64,000 bases of DNA, taken from the NCBI GenBank assembly GCA_045863855.1, contig BTVV01000010.1, forward strand, positions 1-64,000, read 5' to 3'. The position numbers and the translations under genes were made by a program. The notes under the pieces are model-generated. The model ran no database searches. It was not told where the DNA came from and was given only the letters and a program-made list of their open reading frames with translations. Below are positions 20,057 through 28,840 of this stretch, in pieces (positions within the stretch are counted from its first letter, which is position 1; every line of letters begins with the position of its first letter). The stretch comes from Planctomycetota bacterium (GTDB lineage: Bacteria > Planctomycetota > SZUA-567 > H5-PLA8).

Positions 20057-22600
20057 CTACTTCCCTTTCGCTTGGTCATCCACCGGCTCCACCACCGTGG
20101 GCGCCGCTGCCGCCGGCTTCTTCCCCGCGCGGCGCAGCAGCAGGTACACCACCACCGCGCCCAGCAGCCACGGCAGCACGATCCCGAACCCGCGCACGAT
20201 CACCGCGATGCTGGCCAGGAAGCCCGAGAACGTGTCGCGCAGGAAGAGCCGGAACGCGCCTTCCTCGTGCGGAGTGAACTTGGGGCGCTCGGAGAGCGTC
20301 ACCGTCACCTCGCCCAGCACGCTGGGATCGACGCGCGAGAGATCGCCCAGGCCCAGCCCCTGCAGGTTGCGCGTCTTGACGCGCCCCAGCTTCTCGAACT
20401 CGGTCACCACCGCGTCCATCTTGTCGGCCTTGATGCCCAGCCGGAAGACGCCGGCCCACGCGCCGTCGGGCTGCTGCTGGCTGTCGCTGCCCAGCACTTG
20501 CAGATTCTCCTTCTGGATCAGCGTTGAGAGCGCGTCGCGCGCGGCCGGGAAGGCGTCGACTTCGACGGCCATCGCGCCGCTGGGCACTTGCTTGGGACGT
20601 TCGGCCATCTGCACATGAACGGTGCAGGGCACTTCCGCCGCGCCGCCGCGAATCTCGCCGCCTTCGCCGTTCACCGAAAGGTGCGTGATCCGCCCCAGCG
20701 GCTTCAGCGCATCGATCAGCCGGATGAAGTTTCCGGCCTTCACGCGCAGTTGGATGCCCGCCGTCAGCGTCCCGTCTCCTTGGCGGCTGGTCTGGTTCGT
20801 CACAATCGCAGCCTCGTGCGGCTCGAGCGCCTTCTTCAGCGCTTCCACCGAGCCGTCCAGGCGGTCCACTTCGAGGTGCAGCGAGCCGTTGGGGAGTTGC
20901 ACGCCGCGCTCGAAGAGCCGCAGGCGCAATTCGCACGGCACGCGCTCCGCGCCTTCGGGCACCTGAGCGCCGAAGGGCTGATTGACCACCTGTTCGTCCT
21001 GTGCGCGGCCCAGGCCTTTGATCGCGTCCAACAGGCCCGCGAACTGGCCGAACTCGACGCGCAGGGAGTAGTCGCCCTGCAGCGTCCCGTCGCCGCGCTT
21101 CGTCGTCTGTCCGCTCAGCAACTGCCCGCCGCGCGGAGCCAGCGCTTCGTCGAGCCTCTGCTTCGCTTCGGCCAGCGTCCGCACCTCGATCGCCAGGCTC
21201 CCGCTCGGCACCGCGCGCGTCGGCTCCTGGATCGTCAGCGTCAGCGTGCTCAGCCCCAGCATGTCGTTCCAGACGCGCATCTGGCCCTGCATGCTCTCGA
21301 TCTCGCCGCGCACGCGGTTCAGTTCGCGCTCCACTTCCAGCAAGCTCTGAACCTTGTCCATGAATGTCTTGGTCTTGATCAGCTCCTGCAGCCGCTCTTC
21401 GGCGATCTGCATGTTCTTGATCCGCGCCAGCACGTCGGTGTACTGCGCGGTGATGTCCTGCCCGCCCGCGCGTTCGTGCAGCACCACGCCCAGTTGCTTC
21501 AGCGCCACGAAAAGCGCCTCGAACTTCTCCGGCGTCACACGGACCTTGATCACCGCCTTCTTCGCCGCGCCTTCCAGATTAAATACGCGGCTGTCGGCGA
21601 TGAAGCCCCCCGACTGCACGATCAGTTCGTCGGCTTTGCGGCTGGACTCCTTGAAGTCTTTGACCTCAAGCGTCAGCTCGCCCGTCTTGATGATCTTCGG
21701 CTTCGTCGGCCCGGCTTCTTCGGCGCCGTTTCCGGAAACGGGCGCATTGGGGGAGTCGTCCTTATTCCTGCCACCGGCCTGCTCTTCGCCAAGCGCATTC
21801 TGATCGTACTCTTTGCTCAGTTGGCTTTGTTGCTTAAGGGCGGTGTCGGGAAGGCTCTGCGCGCGCGGATCGTTGGCCGGCAGCCGAGAATCGTCAAGGC
21901 CGTCGAACGAGCCGTCGCCGCTGCCACCGCTGCTGGAACCGCCTCCGCTAGAGCTCGAGTGCGACGAACTTCTCCCGCCGCCCATTCCGGGCTGGTACAA
22001 GCCCTCGGACTTTTTCATTAACTCTTCCGCCGGCGCTTCGGTGGCGGCTGGCGGCGGCGCAGGAGACGCCGGCGCGTACCCGTATCGCGAACTCCAGCCC
22101 ACTCCTCCTTTGTCTTTGCCCGTGCTTAATTCGTCATCGAGCCTATCGGTAGCGACGGCCCGTTCCCCGCGGTAGTAGCCCGTTGCGTTCGGCCCCGTCG
22201 CATTCCCCAGCATGAAGCACAGCAGGATCAGCGCCGCGGCGACCAGCCCCGACGCGGCCCACGTCATGCGCGCTTCGCGGCGCTTCGCGGCGGCGGCTTC
22301 GGGATAGACGAATGCGGGAGCGGTAAGCGGAGTCATGGGCGGATTCCTTGGCGGGGTAGGGCCGGCGTCGGCTTCGCGCGCGGCGGAGAGTACGTTCGAC
22401 CAGATGCCATCCAGTGCGGCGGGCGGCGGGGCGAGTTCCTTGGCATCTTCCAGCAGCGCGCGGATGCGCGAGAGTTCCTTCAGATCCTGCGCGCAGTCGG
22501 TGCAGCCCGCCAAATGCGCATCGAGCCGCGTGGACTGTTCGCCGTCTAGCGAACCGTGCACGCGCTCGTCGATCAGGATGCGGGCTTCGTTGCAATCCAT
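20057..22600 (-). CDS. Zinc-binding anti-sigma factor (zf-HC2) fused to DUF4349-like domain plus three extra repeats; two TM regions
   Basis: N-terminal MDCNEAR...HLAGCTDC (HxxxCxxC); a TM; KIIKTGELTLEV...DITAQYTD...LLEVERELNRVRGEIE; repeats starting P(S/N)G(S/A)(L/M)x(I/L/V)EV; C-terminal TM GFGIVLPWLLGAVVVYLLL. Directly downstream of the ECF sigma gene. Confidence 0.85.
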   Translation of the reverse strand: MDCNEARILIDERVHGSLDGEQSTRLDAHLAGCTDCAQDLKELSRIRALLEDAKELAPPPAALDGIWSNVLSAAREADAGPTPPRNPPMTPLTAPAFVYPEAAAAKRREARMTWAASGLVAAALILLCFMLGNATGPNATGYYRGERAVATDRLDDELSTGKDKGGVGWSSRYGYAPASPAPPPAATEAPAEELMKKSEGLYQPGMGGGRSSSHSSSSGGGSSSGGSGDGSFDGLDDSRLPANDPRAQSLPDTALKQQSQLSKEYDQNALGEEQAGGRNKDDSPNAPVSGNGAEEAGPTKPKIIKTGELTLEVKDFKESSRKADELIVQSGGFIADSRVFNLEGAAKKAVIKVRVTPEKFEALFVALKQLGVVLHERAGGQDITAQYTDVLARIKNMQIAEERLQELIKTKTFMDKVQSLLEVERELNRVRGEIESMQGQMRVWNDMLGLSTLTLTIQEPTRAVPSGSLAIEVRTLAEAKQRLDEALAPRGGQLLSGQTTKRGDGTLQGDYSLRVEFGQFAGLLDAIKGLGRAQDEQVVNQPFGAQVPEGAERVPCELRLRLFERGVQLPNGSLHLEVDRLDGSVEALKKALEPHEAAIVTNQTSRQGDGTLTAGIQLRVKAGNFIRLIDALKPLGRITHLSVNGEGGEIRGGAAEVPCTVHVQMAERPKQVPSGAMAVEVDAFPAARDALSTLIQKENLQVLGSDSQQQPDGAWAGVFRLGIKADKMDAVVTEFEKLGRVKTRNLQGLGLGDLSRVDPSVLGEVTVTLSERPKFTPHEEGAFRLFLRDTFSGFLASIAVIVRGFGIVLPWLLGAVVVYLLLRRAGKKPAAAAPTVVEPVDDQAKGK

Positions 22601-22618
22601 CGCAGGGCAACCTCGACC

Positions 22619-23194
22619 TTAAACCGCTTCCGCCTTCACGTACCGCTCCAGCAGTCCCTTCAACCTTCTCCGGGCGCGGAAGAGCGTCACTTTCACGCGC
22701 GACTCCGTCCAGCCCAGCACCTCGCACGCCTCGCGCACGCTCAAGTCCTGCAACTCGCACAGCACCACCGCTTCGCGTTCGTTCTCGGGCAGTTGCGCGA
22801 CCGCCGAACGGACCGCCGCGCGCGTTTCATCCAGCTCTACCCGCGCCAGCGGTTCGGCCGAATCTTCCCGGTTCGCATCGGCGGGCAGCGCGTTCATCGT
22901 TCGTTCGTCCAGCGCCTCCGGTTGCCGGCGCTGCCGGCGCGTCACGTCGATCGCCACGCTTCGCGAGACCTGATACAGCCACGTGCTGAAGCGCGAGCGT
23001 CCTTCGAAGTTCGGCAAGTGCCGCACCACCCGGATGAACGTCTCCTGCACGATCTCCGCCGCGCGCTCGTCGTCGCCGCTGTAAAAGCGCCCGTAGCGCC
23101 AGATACGCTCGGCATGGCGGCGGTACAGCGTCTCCAGCGCGGCGCTATCGCCGGCTTGGAACGCCGCCACCAGTTCGCCGTCCGTATCGATCAT
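22619..23194 (-). CDS. ECF RNA polymerase sigma factor
   Basis: Region 2 AEIVQETFIRV...FEGRSRFSTWLYQV; region 4 LPENEREAVVLCELQDLSVREACEVLG...VKVTLFRARRRL. Confidence 0.95.
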   Translation of the reverse strand: MIDTDGELVAAFQAGDSAALETLYRRHAERIWRYGRFYSGDDERAAEIVQETFIRVVRHLPNFEGRSRFSTWLYQVSRSVAIDVTRRQRRQPEALDERTMNALPADANREDSAEPLARVELDETRAAVRSAVAQLPENEREAVVLCELQDLSVREACEVLGWTESRVKVTLFRARRRLKGLLERYVKAEAV

Positions 23195-23427
23195 GCGGGC
23201 TTCCAGCCTTCGAGCTCCGGACCTGCGTATCTTCCGCTTTTTGAGAGTGAGCGGGCCGAGTTTTGGTTACGATGATTCTGGCCGGAATGTCCAGCCGGCG
23301 CCATAGGCGGGCCAGAATAGGCCGTTCGGTAAGATCCGAACAAAAGGCGAAAAGACGGCGGCGGATTCAGGATGCCCCTTTCATTACTGTCGGTCAGGGC
23401 AGGAATTCACTCCTTATAAGGATAACC

Positions 23428-25698
23428 ATGGCACGCGGTAAGGATGTCGTTCGGGAACAGTTGCTCGGCTTGATGGCCAAGCCCACCTACATGCCGCAGC
23501 GCAAGCGCCGGCTCGCCAAGCTGCTCGAGATTCCCGAAGATGAATACGTCGAGTTCCGCCACCTCATCGACGAGCTGGTCGAGGAAGGCGCGGTCGTCGA
23601 GCCCCGCCGGGGCAAGTACGAACTCACCGATCCCGAGGCCGCCCGCGGCGGAACCCCGGTGCGCGGCGATAAACGTAAGGACGCGCGCAGCCTTCCCAAA
23701 AACGCCATCGTCGGGCGCATCGACGTGAAGCGCGGCGGCTTCGGCTTCCTGATCAGCGAACCGCCCGGGCGCGATCTGTACATCCCCAAAGAAGAACTGC
23801 ACGGAGCGCTCGACGGAGACCTCGTCGCGGTCCTCCCGCGGCGCAAGCCCGTCGGCCGGCAGCGCGGCGGCGGGATGCGCACCAGCGGGCAGGTGATCAA
23901 GGTCCTCGAGCGCGTGCACAAACTCGTCGTCGGGACCTTCTACGCGAATCCCGAATGGAAAGGCATGCCCGAGAGCGGGACCGGAGGCTACGTCGTCCCC
24001 GATACGCGCGGGCTATTCGAGCATATCCAAGTCTTGCCCGAACACGCCAAGGACGCCAAGGACGGCGACAAGGTCGCCATCGCGCTGATGGAAGCGCGCA
24101 CCACGCACCGCAGCGGGAATAAACCCACGGGCGTCGTAGAGGAAGTCTACGGCGAGGCCGGCGAAGCGCGCGCCGAGATCGCCAGCATCATCCAGAACTT
24201 CAACCTCCGCGTCGAATTTCCCGAAGACGCGCTGCATCATGCCGAGCGGATCAAGGAAGAGATCCCCGCCGCCGAACTCGAACAGCGCACCGATTACACC
24301 AGCCCGCTCACCTTCACCATCGACCCCGAGGACGCCAAGGACCACGACGACGCCGTCGCGCTGCGCGTGCTGGACGGCGAGCACACCGAACTCCTGGTTC
24401 ACATCGCCGACGTCAGCCACTACGTCACCGAAAACAGCCCCATCGACCAGGAAGCGCGGCGTCGCGGCACCAGCGTCTACCTGCCGGGGCAAGTGCTGCC
24501 CATGCTGCCCGAGAAACTCTCCTCGAATATGTGCAGCCTCAAAGAAGGCAAGCTGCGCCTCACCAAAACCGTGGGCATCGTGTTCTCGAAGGCGATGAAA
24601 GTCGAGCGCGTACGCATCGAACGCAGCTACATCCGCTCCGCGGCCTTCCTCACCTACGACCGCGTTAAAGAAGCGATCGACGCCAAGGATCCCTCGAAGC
24701 TCCCGTCCAAGGAGATTTACGACGTCCTGCGGCACATGAAAACCTTTGCCGCCAAGCTGCGCGAGAAGCGCCAGCGCGGCGGCAGCATCGACCTCGACCT
24801 GCCCGAAGTCCGCCTGCTACTGAATCCCGAAGGCGCGGTGGAAGGGATGATCAAACGCGAGAGCCACTGGGCGCATCAGCTCATCGAGGACATGATGCTC
24901 GCCGCGAACCGCGCCGTAGCCGAATACCTCGTCGATTTCGAGATCCCTGGGCTCTTCCGTGTCCACGAAGAACCCAATCCCGAAGCGCTCGACCACTTCA
25001 GCGAGTTCGTCCGCGAGTTCGGCATCCACCTCAGCCCGCCCTACAACCGCGCGACGCTCCAGAAGGCGCTCGACGCCGTCGTCGGCAAGCCCTACCAGCA
25101 CACGGTTCACCTCGCGCTCCTGACCAGCCTGAAGCGCGCGCACTATTCGGCGGGCTGCCACCCGCATTTCGCGCTCAATTTTAACCGCTATTTGCACTTC
25201 ACGAGCCCGATCCGGCGCTACCCCGATCTGATCGTGCACCGCGCGCTCGACGAACGCTTCAAGCCCGGCGAAGCGCAGTTGCCCGAACAAGGCTCGCGCC
25301 GCGCCAGCGCAGAATCCCACGATTACTACGGCCGCATCTCGCTCCTGCGCGGCTTGGCCGACCACTGCAGCAACCGCGAACGCGACGCCGCCGCAGCCGA
25401 AGAGGAAGTCACCAAGGTCCGGCAGATCGAGTACCTGAAGAGCAACCGCCGCGACACGCACATCGGCGTCATCACCGGCGTCAAGACCTTCGGCTTCTTC
25501 GTCGAACTGCAGGATTGCTACATCGACGCGATGGTGCGCATGGAAGACCTGGACGACGATTACTACGTTTACTACGAGGAACAGCACCTGCTGCAAGGGC
25601 GCAAGAAGAAGCGCAGCTTCCGGCTCGGCGACAAAGTGACCGTGCGCATCGTCGAGATCGACGTTCGCCAGCGCCGCGTCTACGGCAAGGTGGTTTGA
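23428..25698 (+). CDS. rnr: Ribonuclease R
   Basis: CSD motif GFGFL; RNB motifs FTIDPEDAKDHDDAV, VHIADVSHYV, RGTSVY, HFTSPIRRYPDLIVHR; C-terminal S1 domain. SD aagga before ATG 23428. Confidence 0.96.
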   Translation: MARGKDVVREQLLGLMAKPTYMPQRKRRLAKLLEIPEDEYVEFRHLIDELVEEGAVVEPRRGKYELTDPEAARGGTPVRGDKRKDARSLPKNAIVGRIDVKRGGFGFLISEPPGRDLYIPKEELHGALDGDLVAVLPRRKPVGRQRGGGMRTSGQVIKVLERVHKLVVGTFYANPEWKGMPESGTGGYVVPDTRGLFEHIQVLPEHAKDAKDGDKVAIALMEARTTHRSGNKPTGVVEEVYGEAGEARAEIASIIQNFNLRVEFPEDALHHAERIKEEIPAAELEQRTDYTSPLTFTIDPEDAKDHDDAVALRVLDGEHTELLVHIADVSHYVTENSPIDQEARRRGTSVYLPGQVLPMLPEKLSSNMCSLKEGKLRLTKTVGIVFSKAMKVERVRIERSYIRSAAFLTYDRVKEAIDAKDPSKLPSKEIYDVLRHMKTFAAKLREKRQRGGSIDLDLPEVRLLLNPEGAVEGMIKRESHWAHQLIEDMMLAANRAVAEYLVDFEIPGLFRVHEEPNPEALDHFSEFVREFGIHLSPPYNRATLQKALDAVVGKPYQHTVHLALLTSLKRAHYSAGCHPHFALNFNRYLHFTSPIRRYPDLIVHRALDERFKPGEAQLPEQGSRRASAESHDYYGRISLLRGLADHCSNRERDAAAAEEEVTKVRQIEYLKSNRRDTHIGVITGVKTFGFFVELQDCYIDAMVRMEDLDDDYYVYYEEQHLLQGRKKKRSFRLGDKVTVRIVEIDVRQRRVYGKVV

Positions 25699-25808
25699 TG
25701 CCCGGACTTCGCGCAGCCTCGGTTTGAAAATATCCGCACGAACGGAGATGATGGCCTGCCGTGAAAGTCTCGCGCCGCGGTGGCGCGAGGCGGGAGCGGT
25801 TCCGGACC

Positions 25809-26666
25809 ATGCCCAAAAGCGGTATTTCGTTCCAGCGCCTCGTCGATCGCGCGGCCTTCCTGACCAAGCGCGCCACCGGCTGGGGCGTATGGCCCGATTT
25901 CGTCATCCTGGGCGGCGCCAAGTGCGCCAGTTCGGCCTTCTACACCAATCTGGTCCAGCATCCGCTGATTCACGAAGCCCGGCGCAAGGAAGTCCACTAC
26001 TACGACACCAAATTTCACCAAGGCCCCAAATGGTACCGCGCGAACTTTCCCAGCCGCGCCGCGCGCTGGTGGAAGACCTCGCTGCGCGGGCAGGCGTTCT
26101 GCACCGGCGAAGCCTCGCCCTACTACCTGTTTCATCCCCACGCGCCACGGCGCATGCGCCAGGTCGCTCCGCAGACCAAGCTGATCGCCATCCTGCGCGA
26201 ACCGGCTTCCCGAGCCTTCAGCCACTACAAGCACATGCTGCGCGACGGGCGCGAAACGCTCGAGTTCGACGCGGCCATCGAGCAAGAAGCCGAACGCCTC
26301 GCCGGCGAACGCGAGAAGCTCCTGGCCGACGAAACCTACGCCGCCAACCGCTTCCGCTTTTTCAGCTACCAGGCCCGCGGGATTTACGCCGACCAGCTCG
26401 CCGCATGGGCCGAGCACTTTCCGCGCGAACGCATTCTCGTCCTGCAATCCGAAGCCTACCGCCGCGATCCTTTGGGTGTGACGAACCGAACCCTCGATTT
26501 CCTCGGCATTCCGCACTGGGACGGCTTCGTCTTCGAACGCCACAACGTCGGCGGCTATAAGGATGCGATGAGCGACGCGACCCGCGAGAAGCTGCGCGCG
26601 TACTTCAAGCCCCACAACGAACGGCTCTGGAACTGGCTCGGCGAACGCTGGGACTGGGACGATTGA
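25809..26666 (+). CDS. PAPS-dependent sulfotransferase (heparan sulfate 3-O/N-sulfotransferase-like)
   Basis: PDFVILGGAKCASS (5'-PSB), KEVHYYD, GEASPYY, ILREPASRAFSHY, LRAYFKPHNERL. Alternative GTG start at 25761. Confidence 0.88.
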   Translation: MPKSGISFQRLVDRAAFLTKRATGWGVWPDFVILGGAKCASSAFYTNLVQHPLIHEARRKEVHYYDTKFHQGPKWYRANFPSRAARWWKTSLRGQAFCTGEASPYYLFHPHAPRRMRQVAPQTKLIAILREPASRAFSHYKHMLRDGRETLEFDAAIEQEAERLAGEREKLLADETYAANRFRFFSYQARGIYADQLAAWAEHFPRERILVLQSEAYRRDPLGVTNRTLDFLGIPHWDGFVFERHNVGGYKDAMSDATREKLRAYFKPHNERLWNWLGERWDWDD

Positions 26667-26672
26667 AGGCCG

Positions 26673-27374
26673 TCATCCGGCCGCCCGTTTCCGCCGCCAC
26701 GCGTGCGTCTCCACCCAAAGCATAGGCGCCGCGAGCAGCGCGCAGATTACGGAACCGAACTCGATTTCCAGATAGCTGTCGAAAAACCAGCTCGCAAGCA
26801 GTATCAGCGCCATCGATACCAGCGCCAGCACCCCCGGCACGCCCGCCCAGCCTGCGGCCAGCAGTCCCAGCCGCTTCCAGCCGGACTCGACGCCCAGCCG
26901 GTACGCGGCGCTCCAGCCCCACACCGCGCCGCATCCGATATACATAAGCACGCCGAAGGCCGTCAGCAGCGCCGCCCATTCCTGCTGCGCTTCGCTTGCG
27001 GAAACGCTGCTGGCATTCATTTCTTCGTGCGCCCATGGCAAGGCGAAGGCTTGAGCGACACCCACCACCGCGACGACGAAAAGAATCTCGTGCAGCCGGA
27101 TCTGGATCTCGTAGAGCAGCGTCAGCACCAGCCGGCCCATGCCTAGGCAGAACCCCAGGGCGCCCGAAGCCAAGAGGCCCCAGAGGCACCAAGACGCCAG
27201 CCAGAGCCAGTTCTGGGACGCGGCAAGCATCGCCAGCACCACCAGCGTGGCGAAGACCGCCAGGCAGATCCGAGCGCCCCAAGTTAAGCGTGAACCCCAG
27301 CGCTGGACCGGCGTTACTACCGCAGCCGGAGCGGGAGCCGGAGGCGTCGGTTCGGGTACGCTGAGCATACACAT
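26673..27374 (-). CDS. Hypothetical multi-pass membrane protein
   Basis: About six hydrophobic segments; fills the gap between two + strand genes; no family recognised. Confidence 0.65.
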   Translation of the reverse strand: MCMLSVPEPTPPAPAPAAVVTPVQRWGSRLTWGARICLAVFATLVVLAMLAASQNWLWLASWCLWGLLASGALGFCLGMGRLVLTLLYEIQIRLHEILFVVAVVGVAQAFALPWAHEEMNASSVSASEAQQEWAALLTAFGVLMYIGCGAVWGWSAAYRLGVESGWKRLGLLAAGWAGVPGVLALVSMALILLASWFFDSYLEIEFGSVICALLAAPMLWVETHAWRRKRAAG

Positions 27375-27541
27375 CCTTCTATAGGCCGCGCGGCATGGAT
27401 ACCGCGTCTATTAAGGGTACGACCGGCCATCTTTTCCGTACGGAATAGTCAACTCAACCATTGACCTTTGACCCGAAATTGTGCACGATGGGTAGTCGTG
27501 GGCGGTTGAGGGGGCTCAGGCCGACCACGCGGAGGAGTGGC

Positions 27542-28801
27542 ATGGCCGCACCTTCCGATTCAACCCGGTCCCGGTGGCTCGTCGCACCGCTGCTGCTGGC
27601 CGTGTTGCTCCTCGGCGCCCCGCTCTTCGCGCCCGCGCCCCCCGCACCCCGCGTTCCTCACGCCGCCGTCACCACGCAACCGCGGCCTACGCCCGTCGCG
27701 TTGCCCGTAGCGCCCGGCGTCGAACCGCTTCCGCCGCACGAAGCCGTGGGCGGCATCAAGCTCACCCTCTCCGCCGACCGCACCCAGCTTCTGCCCGCCG
27801 ATGCGCCCGTGGCGTTGAATCTGCGCTTCGAGAGTTCCGACGAGAAGCCCCACGCGCTCTTGTTCGGAAACGTCGAACCGCAGGTGAGCTGGCTGATCGA
27901 AGGGCCGGGTCCCGACGCGGTCCACCGCGAAGTCCTCGACGAACCGGCGCAGCAGCCCGATCCGGCCACCGAGGTGGTCACGATCGCGCCGGGCCGCGCG
28001 CACCAGTCCGAACGCAGCTTGGCCGGCCTGCCGCTGCGCTTCACCGAACGGACCGCTTTCCGCGGCCAGGAGCTGCGTCTCCTCGAACCCGGGCGCTACC
28101 GCATCCAGGCCGTCTACGCCAACCGCACCGACCGCCGCCTCGGCGCGGGCGGAACCGTCGCCCGAGCGTGGCTCGGCGAAGTGCGCAGCAATGTCCTCGA
28201 ACTCGACGTGCGCCCCTTCGACTTCGGCCAGCCCGTCGACGGCGTGCGCCTGGAACTCGAACTCGACGCGCAGAAGGAAGAAGGCGGGAGCGAACACTGG
28301 AGCGCGCGCGTGCGCTTCGTCAGCACCGACGGCCAGCCGCACCTGCTCCGCTTCGACAACGAGAAGCCGGCGCTCTATTGGGGCGTGCACCCGCTGGGCA
28401 CGGCGCAGGCGATTCTGAGCGACCGGGCGCTGGTCGCCAAGCGCAGCCAGCCGCGCCCGGCGCTGCGCACCGTCGACGGGCTGCGCCCTTACCTCGAAAC
28501 GCGGCCGCTGCGCGGGCGGGCGCCGCAGGCGCCGCTCTGGCTCAGCGAGACCGGTACGCTCCTGCAGCGCACCATGATCCTCCAGGAGCCCGGAACCTTC
28601 GAAATCTTCGTCGTCTACTCGAACCGCGAAACGAAAGCCGAGGACGATGAACCCGGCGCCAAAGCCGCGCCTAAGGAAGCCTGGCAAGGCGTCCTAGTCT
28701 CCAATCGCCTCACGCTCGAACTCCTCCCGCCCGGCGACAAGGGCCTGATGCCGCCGTCCGAAGACTCCAACGAGCCCAACCGCACCAACGAAGAATTCTG
28801 A
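27542..28801 (+). CDS. Exported/membrane-anchored hypothetical protein with two tandem beta-sandwich-like repeats
   Basis: ggaggag SD; N-terminal hydrophobic segment; repeat pattern V(G/D)G(I/V)(K/R)L...PH(A/L)L.F...EPG..I..VY.N...AW.G...SN.L.L seen twice. Confidence 0.75.
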   Translation: MAAPSDSTRSRWLVAPLLLAVLLLGAPLFAPAPPAPRVPHAAVTTQPRPTPVALPVAPGVEPLPPHEAVGGIKLTLSADRTQLLPADAPVALNLRFESSDEKPHALLFGNVEPQVSWLIEGPGPDAVHREVLDEPAQQPDPATEVVTIAPGRAHQSERSLAGLPLRFTERTAFRGQELRLLEPGRYRIQAVYANRTDRRLGAGGTVARAWLGEVRSNVLELDVRPFDFGQPVDGVRLELELDAQKEEGGSEHWSARVRFVSTDGQPHLLRFDNEKPALYWGVHPLGTAQAILSDRALVAKRSQPRPALRTVDGLRPYLETRPLRGRAPQAPLWLSETGTLLQRTMILQEPGTFEIFVVYSNRETKAEDDEPGAKAAPKEAWQGVLVSNRLTLELLPPGDKGLMPPSEDSNEPNRTNEEF

Positions 28802-28840
28802 TCCGCCTCCGGACGTTTACTTTTTACTTTTGCGTTTGCC

